The notes under the pieces are model-generated. The model ran no database searches, was not told the origin of the DNA, and saw only the letters and a program-made list of their open reading frames with translations. DNA of 63,536 nucleotides, counting the filler, from Aduncisulcus paluster (lineage: Eukaryota), in assembly GCA_024181965.1 (NCBI GenBank). It is 8 parts of 8 records of this genome, joined end to end, with 100 filler letters (N's around TTAATTAATTAA, not from the genome) between each part and the next. Parts side by side here need not be neighbours in the genome. Positions count along the whole stretch, not along the records: positions 1 to 21,367 come from BQXS01011335.1; positions 21,468 to 34,994 come from BQXS01011339.1; 6 more parts are not named here. One strand, given 5' to 3'. The translations under genes and the position numbers were made by a program. Shown here piece by piece: positions 11,501 through 23,936 of the stretch (positions within the stretch are counted from its first letter, which is position 1; each line of letters begins with the position of its first letter).

Positions 11501-14500
11501 GTTTCATACGATCAGGCATATTGAAGAGGCAATCAATGGGATCTTTTGAATCTGAAAGATTCAACAACCGTCGTAATGTTTGCACTTGGTCAAAACTTTG
11601 AAGTTCATCTAATACAGGCTGCTTTGAGTTATTATTTTTTGCAATGTATATCGACTTGAGAAGCCCAGGGTGTGCATTCGAAGAAGATATTTCAAAATCT
11701 CCTGTCAACAAGGAATTTACATGGGAAGGTTGTATCACAAATTGACTTCCGTTTGGAATCATTATACTAAAGCTCCATAGGCAGAATAATACAAACAATA
11801 ACGAATGAGAAATGCGGTGGAAATCGGATTCAAAAATCTTATTGAAATGATCAATTAATTCTCTTGATTCAATTTGAATTTGTGGATTGGGATCACATTT
11901 CCACAGTGAAAAAGCCAGGAAGGCTCCAAAACTTGAGGCTCTATCCTTTAGCCATACAGATCTACCAAGAAATACTTTGGCTAATGATGGAGTTTTTATA
12001 AATTTTCTAAAAATCTTGAAAGATTTGGTTCTGATGCGTGGATCCTTATCAATGAGTCCGAAAGGGAACAGATCAAAAAAATTGAAAAAATAGGTCTGTG
12101 ATATTTTGCAAACAGAAGAGTGGATAATGTAATAATAATCACTTGAAAACTTGACAGAATATATTCGGATTCTTTGATCTGCATGCAACATCGATATTCT
12201 AGTTAAAATTGATAATCTATCTTTGAAACAGAATAACGTTATTGGATCAAGTTTATGAATCAATGAAGTGCAGATTAGGATAACAAATCTAACAAGTTGA
12301 AGATCATTGAAATACAAATTCCAAATCCAAAGTAATTTTGCAAAAAAGTTTACCTGAATTGCATTTGGAAGAAGATCTCCAACAACAGTTGCGATTGCAT
12401 CTGCAGTGGACATTGAATCTCGTTGATTCATAAATTTCAGTTGATTCATATTTCTATCATTTCTTTGAAAATAATTTTGACAATCCGAACAAATGTGAGG
12501 GAGGATTGTTGGAAATTCCAATGAAAATAATTTCACAATAAAAGATTTTATAAATAAATTCGAATATTGTGATCGATTATCCTTGAGAACATCCATAATA
12601 TTTGAAAATACTTTTGAGAAGGAAGAAGCTGAGAGAGATTTGAGATATTTAAAAACATGTGAAAGAAATGACTCTGAAATGAGCTCTCCTCGGAAATATT
12701 TGAGATTTATAGAAATTTCAAAAATATTTTTGGTCGACATCATTCGATTTGGCCGAGAATGACTCAAAAAAAAGAGCAGAAATTCTTGAGAGAAAACACA
12801 ATTCGGATTGAGAAATTGCAATATATTTTCATATGGGTGTCGAAACATTGCGCGAAAAATTGGCGATTGGGGTCCTTTTTGAAAACTCCGGTAAATATCG
12901 AATTGATTGCTCTTGATTATTATTGTGGAACCTTGGTTAAATTGTTCAAAAGTTTTGAAAAGACAGCAATCGAACAGAATCTTAAATATCATTTCATTGT
13001 AATAAAATGCACATATACTATCTTTTTGTCCATGGCGATGACATATTGAGAGGACTTCCCACAATTTTAAAATCATTTCCTTTGTCAACCCAAAACAAAT
13101 CGAAGGGATAATGACCATTATAGAAGCCAATTTATACGAATTAAATTGAGATGAAGAAACATTAAGCATATCATAAATATACTGTCCAAAATTAAGACTC
13201 AATGCTCGGGAAGAATCGTGATTGACACAAAAAGCAATAGAATCAAGAACTTGGACAAAATATTTATGGCGATTGAATCCATAATTCAATCGATGAAAAT
13301 GTAAATACTTTAAATATGAAGATAAAATCCCAATAAGTCCATTATATAACAAGCGAAGATCGATTTTATCTTGGAATCCATAAAGAGATATCAAAGAGAA
13401 CAATTGAGACAATATTCTGAAATGTTTTTCAAATATTTCCTGCTTTCCGCTCAAAGGATACTGATATTTGGATAGTTTAACCAAATCTTGTTCGATCGAT
13501 AGTAAAAAATTATTCTGAAACATCATGAAATTATCTTCAAATCCATGATCCATTTGATTTGAAAATAACCCAAATATAAACGGAGATATTCCGATTTTCA
13601 ATGAAAAAATGGGTGTCTTAGATTCAATTAACCAAAACAAAATCAAACTTGATAATTTTCCTTTTAAATGAGAGGTTCCATTTTGAAACACGATAGAAAC
13701 AATGCAAAAAACAATGCTATTAATAGAATTTGTATTAAAATAATCTTTCTGTTTGAGAAAATATTCATTACGAGTTGAAGAAATTTCAAATGCTTTGTTA
13801 TCAATACTTAGCATGGAAATATATGGATATAATTCATCTCTGGATTGAAAATGGGGCCAAGAGTAGAGAAATCCAATATTAAAAAGAAAAGCAAATTCAA
13901 TTTCATAACAAACCAATACATAATAAACACAATTCATTGAAATTCGACGTTTTTTACAAAATGTCCTCATGTCATAGTTTTTAGGACATTGTTCTTTCTC
14001 ATAAATTTCTTTGTTTCTCTTTAAATAGTCGAACAAAACTCTGTTAAATTTGTTCAAAGATTTCAGAAAACTAGATCCGGTGAATTCATGAGACAAAAAT
14101 AGCAAAAAATCAATTAAAATCTTCTCAAGCTCAAATATTGGAAGGAAATCCATCAATTTTGGTACTTTTACGATATAAGAGTTCGAATCAAAAGTATAAT
14201 TTCCGCAGATACAATGGGGTTCAAGTAGTGAAAGCAAAGAAATATATCCAATAATATGATCAATCAGCTCAGAAAAAGTTGAAGATCTGTATTTTTTCCT
14301 TCCACAAAGAGAAGATAGTAAACCAAGCAAGGAAGGAGCTGGTGGTACCGAGATAGAATCAATAGATTTTGTTGATGAACTTGCAAGTCGATTAATCGTT
14401 GATCCATGTAAGATATGAATATGTTTGGATAAGCATTGAATAAATGAGCTTGAAATCAGACATTGAATTGCAATAATACTATTAGATTGACCAGCAAACG

Positions 14501-17500
14501 AGGACCGCAAGAACTTTTTTGAAATATAAGAAAAACATTTCACTCGACAAATTAGATGATCAAGATTGGACGAGTCCATATGTTCGAGTTCTTGATGTAT
14601 TGAATATGACAACGCATTGTTTCGAATCCATTGAATGTGTATTTTTGTGTCAAATTTGCTTCCTCGAATTAACTTTTCAATATTATTCAAAAGGAAGAGA
14701 CAACAGTTCCATTTATGCATAGATGCCCTTGACGATACAAAATACATGGAATCTGCAATCTTTGAGCATATAATATTAGATTTGTGAATATTGTAAGATT
14801 TAAGAAATGAAATAAATTCAATTTCACAAACTTTTGGAAGACGACTGGCAATAGTTGGAAGGGACAAATCGGAAGAAAATGCCACATCTGGGGAGGGTTC
14901 TTCACAAATAATTTCAAAAAATTGTTTTGGAAAAATATTATGAAAGAAAAACTTCGAAACAGATTCCCAATTGAAGAATATGGTTGATACAAATTCAGAA
15001 ATCAATTCTTTGTCATCTGCTCGGAGAATCATATCATTCAAAACAATAATATTTGATAATAAATTGATTGTTTCTTGAATAAGATCTCTATCAATTGATC
15101 CAATACATGGAGAAAACCTCAGAAATATAAGATATGGCAACAAATCATTCAATTCATCTCGAAATGAGAAACAATGGATCAAAAATTGAGGAATTTGTGA
15201 TATAATATCGTGCATTTCGACAGGATAGTGCGATAAATACTTCTCAAAGATATGTTTAGGTAACAAAGACGTTGCTATTTCAGTTGGAACATAAGTAGCA
15301 CAAAATAGTTTAACGAAGTAAGAAAATACCCAATTTATCACCATAATTTGGATTGAAGGCTCATCAAATCTAGACAAATTTGACATGATCATTTCGAAAA
15401 ACTCAGTTTTGAGAACATATGTATCTGAACGTAATAATATTATTCGTAGAAGATTCACATAAATCCATTGGGATGATCCAGTTTGAGATTTCAGGGATTT
15501 TGTTTCGCATGTGTATATTCTTTTCCCCTTTATCATATCAAAACACACAGATAGGAGCTTAACAATGGAAATATATAATCGTTCCTCTTTCCACCTTCTT
15601 TCTGGAAGAAATAACCACGCATAAGCGTTATAAATTAGAAATTTTGCAGCGATAAGATGTAAATACTCATTTTGAAATTGTTGAACGGGGCTTTCAGAAT
15701 AATGAACGGGATTTATCAGAAAAAACACTAAATGTTGGAGACCAGAAAATGCTCTGATGGGTAACATCGACGCAAATGGAGGATTAATTGGAGCGAATGA
15801 CATATTCTTCGAGAGTAGGTTTGAAATTGAAGAATATTGAAATTCAAAAGAAACTGGGTTATTATTTGGAATGTTCAAGATTGATTTTATACAGCAAGAA
15901 GGAATTTGACATGTTCCAAATTCCTTTGTTGCATTATCTTGGCCATAAGTGATTAGATATTGGAACAAATAGGCTATTCGCTTGATTGAAAACAATTTTA
16001 ACTCCCTTTGGGCATTTATATGATCAAAATGGATAAAATTTCGGAAGGTATTCACAATATAAAACACACTAAGCGGATTATAAATTGAACTTTTGAGTTC
16101 AGGAGAAATACTTGTCAGAATCGTCGTTTTAATATTGGTGATCCGTTTCATTTGATCAACTGAGAAGAGAGAAAAGTAGAAAAACCAATCTTTCAACAAT
16201 TCTCTCCATGAAATTGTCACAGAATCGTCCGTTTTGAGGTAACACTGATAAATCGCCACATGTATCAGAAAGTTGAACAGAGACATGTCACATGAAAAGA
16301 AGGCAGGGAGGATATCGGGATTGGAAACGCGAAGAGTAAGTTGAGTAAGAGACAAAAATGTTCTAAGAAGTGTGTGTCCACGCCAACCATGGCACAATGC
16401 CACAAGACAAGTCAAATGACCAATCCTATGAATTGGAAGTCTCGATCTGATTTCATCATCAGAATAGCGCTTGTGACAGAAAATATTATTTGTATGACAA
16501 GCGATCAGATATGGAAATTCTTTGTCATTCGCAATGTTGGCAAGAATACTAAGACCTTCTCTGTCTGGAGAATCTAGAACAGCAACTCTCATCAAATATA
16601 CTGACATAAATTGGAAACAGGGCAAAAATTTATGTATATATTGGGGATAATTATCAAAGAAAAATGAAGATATGGACATTAGAAATGACATGGATTGATC
16701 ATATTCCAATTGGAAATATGTGAGTTTAATAATACTGGCAGGAGTTAAATGTTTCTCACCGGCTAAAAATAGTCTATCCAAAGGAATCTTCTTATTAACA
16801 GTTTTTTTAACTCTTGTTGTTGTATGGGATATTATAAACTCCGAGACAAATGGAAGTTGAAGCAAAGCATTCCAATGATCCTCAAACTTCTCGGAAAATA
16901 TCTTTTTGATCATATGAAATGATGTTATTGATCGTTTTAATGATCTATTTCTCGATTTGATTGTTTTCAAAATCTTTGAATCTGAAAGATCGGGCAAAAT
17001 CCCAACAAACAAACCATCCTCCCAGTTTTGGAACATTTTCACTCCGTGCCACAAATATGTCAAAACACATCCATATATAGCTAATATTTTATGATATTGA
17101 GAAAGTTGAGGTTCTGGAAGTTCATGAGTATTGTATTTGGAGATGACATCGCTGAAATTTGTCCTTCCAGACATTTGAAGAATCCTCAAATAAACGATTT
17201 GCGCAATAACGACAATATTATATTGCTGATGGGTAAATCTACGAATAAAATATTCCTCGACTTCGATCATACACTTAATTTCATACATTTGTTCTGAATC
17301 TCCAAAATGATCGCAGAGAGGAGCATAAAATCTGGATATTAGAATATTTGGAAATGATATTTTTGTTCCAATTTCACATACACATTTTGTAATATCAATA
17401 AACTGCCAAAATGGGATCTGCAAAAGCTCGAGCACAAGGGAATTATCAGAAATATCATCTTCAGAGTGGAAAAAATCATATTGAAGGGGTCTAGCAAAAT

Positions 17501-20194
17501 TGACATAAAAACAATGATAATTATAAAGAACGTATTGTGCCAATGATCGACATAACAACACATAAACTCCGTATGAATACTTATTCCAGAATTCAGGGTG
17601 ACCTTTCGTTTCCTTTTTGATGGAGTGAGCCGGTGAAGATATTTCCTCAGACGATTCGTTTTGATAATATATATTTCTTGAAAAGAATTTTCTCTTCATT
17701 CCAACTCTTTTTAACAAAGCTTCATCTCTTGCACCTTTCAAACTCTTCTTTTCATGCTGATCGTGATCAGAAAATGGAAAATTTGACAGATATTTTGATT
17801 TGGAAGAGATGGTAATATAATAGACCATATCAGCGATGTTTTGGGAAAAATAAATATTCGAAAATGTAGAAATTTTGGATTCAATGTTCGAATCGATTTT
17901 CATTTCTTCATTCTCAAAAAAAATATCACTCCAATTCTGATCTTTGAATTCACTTAACATTTCCAGAATTGTTGAATGAGATTTCTGCGAAAAAATCGCC
18001 AAAAAGAAAAACAAAACTCGATAATCCTTTCTCCATATTCTAAAAAAACCATCAGAAACAAGGATTGTTCTAATTTTTGAATAGAATCTTTTGAGATCAT
18101 CGATTTGATGCCAATTTAATAGACAACAATATAATAATAAGAAAACTATCATATTATCATTCCCAAGTTTTCTATCAAGTAAATCAGTAACATAATCTTG
18201 AACAATAGCATCTCTATGCATCCAATCTCCAATTGTTGTATATTTTGAAGAAGGATCACGGCGTAAAGGAATTGTAAATCCATTTGGAATTAGGACCGAA
18301 TTAATACATATTAGCATAAATTCAAGCATTCGAAAGAGACATTGACGTTGCAACCCAGAAACAGGTGATAATTTGGAAGGAGGAACATAAAAATCAGAAA
18401 GAGCACCCATTGATTTTAGTTTTGAGCAAATATCCTTTCCATTAACATATAATTCATTGATATCAGGCCTTTCCCATGAAAAACACAACGAATATCCACA
18501 CCAAAAAAAGTGTTTAAGAATTGAACATTGATATTGATATTTCCTCATTTTTATAGCAAAGTTCTTATCATCAAGAAGAACATATGAAGCTAATGGTTGA
18601 CATTGAGAGCTATCCAAACATGACATATCATTTGAAGTAGAAGCAACTTTGTGACTTGATCGAGTGCATAGAAAGGAAATGTGATCGTCTGTTTGTTCAA
18701 CAAATTCCTTCGAAGAGGAGGAAGAAGAAGATAACAATGAGGATTCGTCTTCATCATCACAAGAAGAAATACTCACGTCTCGAAATCTTGAGAGATCAGA
18801 AATAATGTTAACTCTTGTATAATTCGGCCTGCCAATTGGTTTTTGAGGAATATCTCTAAATTTGGATGAGAGATAACCCAATAGGGTTGTACACAATGGA
18901 AGAAGAGAATGATAATGACTTGAATTTCTTGAGACAATAGTTCGCAAAATATACGAAATAAAGGGTAGAGAATGAATTGAAAAGGTGGCATTTAAGATAT
19001 TACTAACGAGAAAATCACAAAACTTCATGATATCATGTTTGTTCGTCCACAGAATAAACACTAGGAAAACAATTAGGGTATTTCTGATATGAACATTTGG
19101 AAAATCGGGGAAATTAAATCCTTTGATATCGTGGAATGAAGGAAAAGAATTGCCAACCCCAGATATTTCTTGAAAGGAATTAAATTCAATATTACTCAGG
19201 ATTTGATGAGAACAAGTCAGAGAATTTTGCCATAATTTCTGATTTTCTCCGCAATAATTAGCAATATTTTGAAATATTTGAATGATATTATCATAATTCT
19301 TCCCAATTTTGGAGTCATTACAAGCAAAGTAAAGATTTAGCAATAAAACCACATCGAAATATGTTATATTCCTGGATACAAGAGATTCTAATGTCCTATA
19401 TGATAAAATAGAATTTATAGAAAAGTTAAAATAACGTATTTTTGTGCAAATATTTACAAGATTGAAGAAAGGGAAGGAGTAATGATCTGCGGCACAACTA
19501 CAAAGTCGTGATTTCCCTTCATTTCCATTCAAAAGGGAAGATATTTTTGCCAAATTTGGATTTCTTCCCTCAAAATTGAGAATAAAATTTTTAAATGATG
19601 GAATATGATGAAAAATGAAAGAAATTTCTGAAGGAGACACCATGAATGGGAAAATAGGATTCATTAAAACCCAGACTCTCTTATATATTCGGTTTAAATT
19701 GTGATATGCAGTATAACACGGGTAGAAATTACCAGAAGAGATTGGAAAAAAGTTACAATTCGATTTCAATCTATTCTTTTCATCAAATTGAATACAGCTC
19801 ATTCCTCCTACCTTTTGTAATACACAATTTTGGTGAATTTTCCATAAAACAACTACTGTNNNNNNNNNNNNNNNNNNNNCATGAATGGGAAAATAGGATT
19901 CATTAAAACCCAGACTCTCTTATATATTCGGTTTAAATTGTGATATGCAGTATAACACGGGTAGAAATTACCAGAAGAGATTGGAAAAAAGTTACAATTC
20001 GATTTCAATCTATTCTTTTCATCAAATTGAATACAGCTCATTCCTCCTACCTTTTGTAATACACAATTTTGGTGAATTTTCCATAAAACATGTTTTAGCT
20101 CAAAATATATGGAAGATAAGTCTTCGAAAACGATATCGGGAGAATGAAGGATAGATCTGGCTTTTTTAAGAAGTTTTATACATTTTAGTATCAT
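8595..20194 (-). CDS. Giant (~3,800 aa) uncharacterised protein, probably an alpha-solenoid (HEAT/ARM-like); true start probably 20194 once the gap duplication is collapsed
   Basis: 11.2-kb stop-free ORF in very AT-rich DNA. Scattered HEAT-like segments (GLIDKDPRIRTKSF, LWKCDPNPQIQIES, SVSVRKAASSTF). ORF 19853..20194 overlaps the duplicated flank and supplies the N-terminus. Confidence 0.6.
19641..20090. other. N20 scaffold gap (19860-19879) with ~210-bp duplicated flanks (assembly overlap)
   Basis: 19641-19851 is repeated from 19880. Confidence 0.9.
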
Positions 20195-20568
20195 TTAATT
20201 CCCAATTATGATTCTAATTTTGTTAAAAACAAACTCCAAATGTAAAATAATGTGCGATTGTGAAAATCTAATCATGACACATTTGTCAAATTCTATATCT
20301 CCGAAAAATACATAAATGGTTACAAAATATAATATTTTAGTTGAATAATACTTATTGATCAATTCAAATCGAGAGAAATTTGCCTTCTACCAGAACTCGG
20401 CAATTCTTCCCATTCTGTTTCACGAATCAGACAACAATTTCTCCGAAATAACTCCAACATAGCAGAGTTATCAAGAAATATAAAACAAATGGATTATTTT
20501 TATTGATTTAAATTTCAATATTCGAAAACAAATACATGGAACGTAACTTAATAACTCAATAACATTCT

Positions 20569-21367
20569 TTAAGGAACTTGGGGAGTTCTATCCAAATCAG
20601 TCATATTGAGAAGGGCAACAAGGATAATGGCAACAGGATACAAAGCCAAAATGATGAATCCCCAGTACACCTTGATGTTTTTCATGAGAGAACCTATACA
20701 ACCGACAGAGATAACAACAACCCAAATAGTGATGGTTTCGGCAGCGTAGGTCCAACATAATTGATCATAAGAAGCCACAAGACACAAGAAAACACCAAGA
20801 CAAAGAGTGTTGTTCATGATAGCAGCACCATAACAGGCTGAGCATGTCATACTAGCACTCTTCTTGGTCTTTTTGCTTGCAAATTGGATTGAAGCGATCA
20901 ATTCACTGAGATTTGAAGCCATAGGAGTGAAAATGAATGAGATATAGAAAGGGTTGGACATACCAATCTGAGTGGAGAAATCTGACAGAACATCACAACA
21001 AGGATCAGAGAATAATGTCACAATAGCAACACCGAGGATCATCAAGAAGAGAGATTTACCAAGAATAGAGTCCTTGGAGGGTTCTGTCACTTTGATTTCA
21101 CCAGTGGCTTCGTCCACGCTTCCCTCTTCTTCCTCGTCGCTTTTCTTCTTCTTGGCGGCAGCTTCGAGCTTAGCATCAGCGGAAGCATCAGACTTCTTCT
21201 TCCAAAGACGTCCAAGAGCAAGGACCTTGTCATCAGAAATGGTTGGCTTAGGTTTCTCTTCCTCTTTCTCTTCATCGGAGTTGCTAAGAAGACCAGTAGT
21301 CTCAGAGGCTTGTTGAGCCATGTTCTTTTCCTTCATAATGGCCATGAAAGCATTGAGTGATCTCTTC
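20569..21367 (-). CDS. NCL-type sodium/calcium exchanger (CaCA superfamily), C-terminal half; 5' truncated at contig end
   Basis: LFSDPCCDVLSDFS..IG....FYISFIFTPMASNLSELIASIQFASKKTKKSASMT.S..YGAAIMNNTLCLGVFL matches the alpha-2 repeat of NCL/EF-CAX exchangers. Confidence 0.88.
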
Positions 21368-21467
21368 NNNNNNNNNNNNNNNNNNNNNNNNNNNNNNNNN
21401 NNNNNNNNNNNTTAATTAATTAANNNNNNNNNNNNNNNNNNNNNNNNNNNNNNNNNNNNNNNNNNNN
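21368..21467. other. Artificial contig linker N44-TTAATTAATTAA-N44 (also at 34995-35094, 38141-38240, 43849-43948, 49575-49674, 55260-55359, 60539-60638)
   Basis: Identical 100-nt spacer carrying stops in all six frames, seen seven times. Confidence 0.98.
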
Positions 21468-22021
21468 CAAATCCTAAAAAATATGTTCCTGTACTTGCTG
21501 TTGGTTTTGATGATCTTGAAACTAGAATTGTCCAACAAAAGCTTGTTTTAAAACAACAATACAAGGCCAAGCAAGTGATGGAGGAGCGTTCTCAGAAGCT
21601 TCAACAACAAATAGCCGATTTGTCCGATGTGAAGTTTGTAAGCCTTCAGATTCTACAATCTCAACTTCGCCAAGTAATTTTTAGATTGCTAGCCCGTCTG
21701 CATCAAATTTGTGATGTATCGCAACATGCTCCAGAGTTTGAAAGAGAATTAAAAATGATGCGTGGAAAGCTCGATAGTTCGATTGACAAGGGATTGAGAC
21801 AACTTACTCTTAAATCAAAGGCCATGAAACAGAAACCAGATCATAAAATCGATGAAGCTCAACTCAGTGATGTTACAAGAACTCTTGGAGACATGAGTCA
21901 GGCGATGGAACAACTTGTTGGAACTGTTAAAAAGATTGAAAAGAATATGAAGCTTGCTCAGGATGGAGTGAGGTATATAAAGGGGATTGGCGATGACTTT
22001 TTGAGTGAATTAGATGATTAG
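21468..22021 (+). CDS. NUP54: Nucleoporin Nup54/Nup57, C-terminal alpha-helical region; 5' truncated
   Basis: Frame open from the contig start: NPKKYVPVLAVGFDDLETRIVQQ matches the Nup54 'NP...PV...GF.EL..R...Q' motif. C-terminal 'QAMEQLVGTVKKIEKNMKL' coil. Confidence 0.75.
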
Positions 22022-22225
22022 TTGATTTGTTCTAGTGTCTTTTCCTAATAAATTCAATAATAATTGATTCTTGCTTTTATATTATCGCAATGCAGAAATA
22101 TATGCTTGAAACCAGATTTTCTTTATGTTTTTTCTGTCAGGGATTTCGAAACTTGTTTTCTCCGTCATTCTAATTGTTTCTTAAAAAAAGTTATAATATT
22201 TTTTCGATAAAATACATCATATCAT

Positions 22226-23824
22226 ATGCATTCACAAGTTTCAGCAGGAGATGAGGTGAATATGTCAAGTAGAGCGGCGATTTTCCGAAATCAGCTAATT
22301 GAAGAATTAAATGTTGATGATGAAGCATTCAAGTTGGGAAAATCAGCAATTTATTCAACTAGAGATGTGTTAATTGATCCTAATGTATTTACAAACATGC
22401 TAAAAGAAAATCCTTATCAATTGGTCAGATTTGGTGCAACTCAGAGAAAAGAAAATGGTACCCAATATGATCCCCGTTTAAGACGTCTCAGAAATATTTA
22501 TAAAATACCTGTTGGTGTGTGGGCTCATGAGTTTGTTAATTATTCTTCTGTTCAATGGTTTATGACGATTGTTGTCGTTTTAAATTGTATTTTAATTGGT
22601 GTAGAAGCTGAGCTTGATGAGGCTAAATGGTATTTAATGATTCAAATTCTTCGAATTATCGATAATCTTTTTTTGGTTCTTTATTGCCTTGAAATTATAT
22701 TAAAATGGATTGATAGTTTTAAAACATTTTGGCTTGATGCTTGGAATATTGCTGATTTCGTTATCACAATCACTGCCCTTCCTGACTTTGTGTTGAGTTT
22801 GTTTGGAGGTGGAAATGATTTGCTCAAAGCTGCGACCTCTTCATTGCGTTTGATGCGTGTTTTGCGTGTTTTGCGTGCTATTGGTCGATTTAGATCTTTA
22901 AGGGTCATTATGCATACCATTATGATGGCTCTTGGTTCCTTGATAAACTTAATTATTCTTTTGTTTCTCATGATGTTTATTTTTGCTCTTTTGGGGATGA
23001 CTCTTTTCAAATCCTACGTTCAATCTTCTCGAACGGATCTTTTATACAAATCACACTGGGATTCTCTCTCAAACTCCCTTTTATCCATGTTTCAAATGAT
23101 GACTCTCGATCAATGGTATTTCATTTTACAGGATGTTTCTCAAGTTGTAAATCCAGGAGTTGTGCTTGGTTTCTTCTTGGCGTGGATTTGGGTCGGTTCT
23201 TTCCTCTTCTTCAACGTTTTCGTAGGAGTTATGGTCAAGAACTTCCAGTCTCTTAAAGAGGATATGGCCAAGAAGCGAGCGGCTGAAAAGAAACAACAAA
23301 ACCTGACAAAGCTCCAAAAAGATATTGCACGTTCGATAACAAAGAGGAACAAGGAAGATATGAAGAAACTATTCAGAACAGAGACCAACCCTGCCACGTG
23401 TCTTCGTGAAAGATTTCCAGGTGATCGTGACGGTATACCAGGGGGGATTGGCATGGAAATGGGCCCTGAAATGGCTGTTCCAAGGACTCTTGGCCGTCCA
23501 GGGAGTGCGATTGGCCTTCGACCAACTTCACGAGATGGTGAAGGTGGCTTAGAGCAGCAAGAGATGATGACAAACAGGAATCCCAATGAAGTCTTAAACT
23601 CTCTATTTAGGCTTGAGACAAGTCTTGATACGCTTATCAAGCAAAAGAAGGAATGTGAAACAAAATGGCCCCGTGACACTCTGTTTAGATATTTTAGAGT
23701 GATGGAAGAATTGCAGGAAAATATTGCCGAGTATGAAAAATTACAGGTTTTGGTCGCAACTTCTCTTCATAACATGCTTGATGAAGCACAGAAAACGGGG
23801 GAAATGAGGATAGTTCATAAATAA
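22226..23824 (+). CDS. CATSPER2: CatSper2-like single-domain 6TM voltage-gated Ca2+ channel alpha subunit
   Basis: S4 LRLMRVLRVLRAIGRFRSLR; pore TLDQWY..LQD; S6 AWIWVGSFLFFNVFVGVMVKNFQ; N-terminal SRAAIFRNQLIE; CatSper2-specific tail WPRDTLFRYFRVMEELQENIAEYEKLQ. Confidence 0.88.
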   Translation: MHSQVSAGDEVNMSSRAAIFRNQLIEELNVDDEAFKLGKSAIYSTRDVLIDPNVFTNMLKENPYQLVRFGATQRKENGTQYDPRLRRLRNIYKIPVGVWAHEFVNYSSVQWFMTIVVVLNCILIGVEAELDEAKWYLMIQILRIIDNLFLVLYCLEIILKWIDSFKTFWLDAWNIADFVITITALPDFVLSLFGGGNDLLKAATSSLRLMRVLRVLRAIGRFRSLRVIMHTIMMALGSLINLIILLFLMMFIFALLGMTLFKSYVQSSRTDLLYKSHWDSLSNSLLSMFQMMTLDQWYFILQDVSQVVNPGVVLGFFLAWIWVGSFLFFNVFVGVMVKNFQSLKEDMAKKRAAEKKQQNLTKLQKDIARSITKRNKEDMKKLFRTETNPATCLRERFPGDRDGIPGGIGMEMGPEMAVPRTLGRPGSAIGLRPTSRDGEGGLEQQEMMTNRNPNEVLNSLFRLETSLDTLIKQKKECETKWPRDTLFRYFRVMEELQENIAEYEKLQVLVATSLHNMLDEAQKTGEMRIVHK

Positions 23825-23936
23825 TCCATCTATCGTTGTGTGAGATCAAATTAGCCAGAATATCAATATACTGTACTATTGATCTAAAAATAGAACATTT
23901 TGAGAATAATATTCTTTTAATTTATTTTTAAATGGT

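Noticed and set aside
20381-20395. U5 snRNA loop-I-like TGCCTTCTACCAGA
   Set aside because: Mismatch to GCCTTTTAC, and the flanks do not form the U5 stem.
21412-21423. Recurrent TTAATTAATTAA motif within N runs
   Set aside because: Synthetic six-frame-stop linker between concatenated contigs; gene adjacency across it is meaningless.
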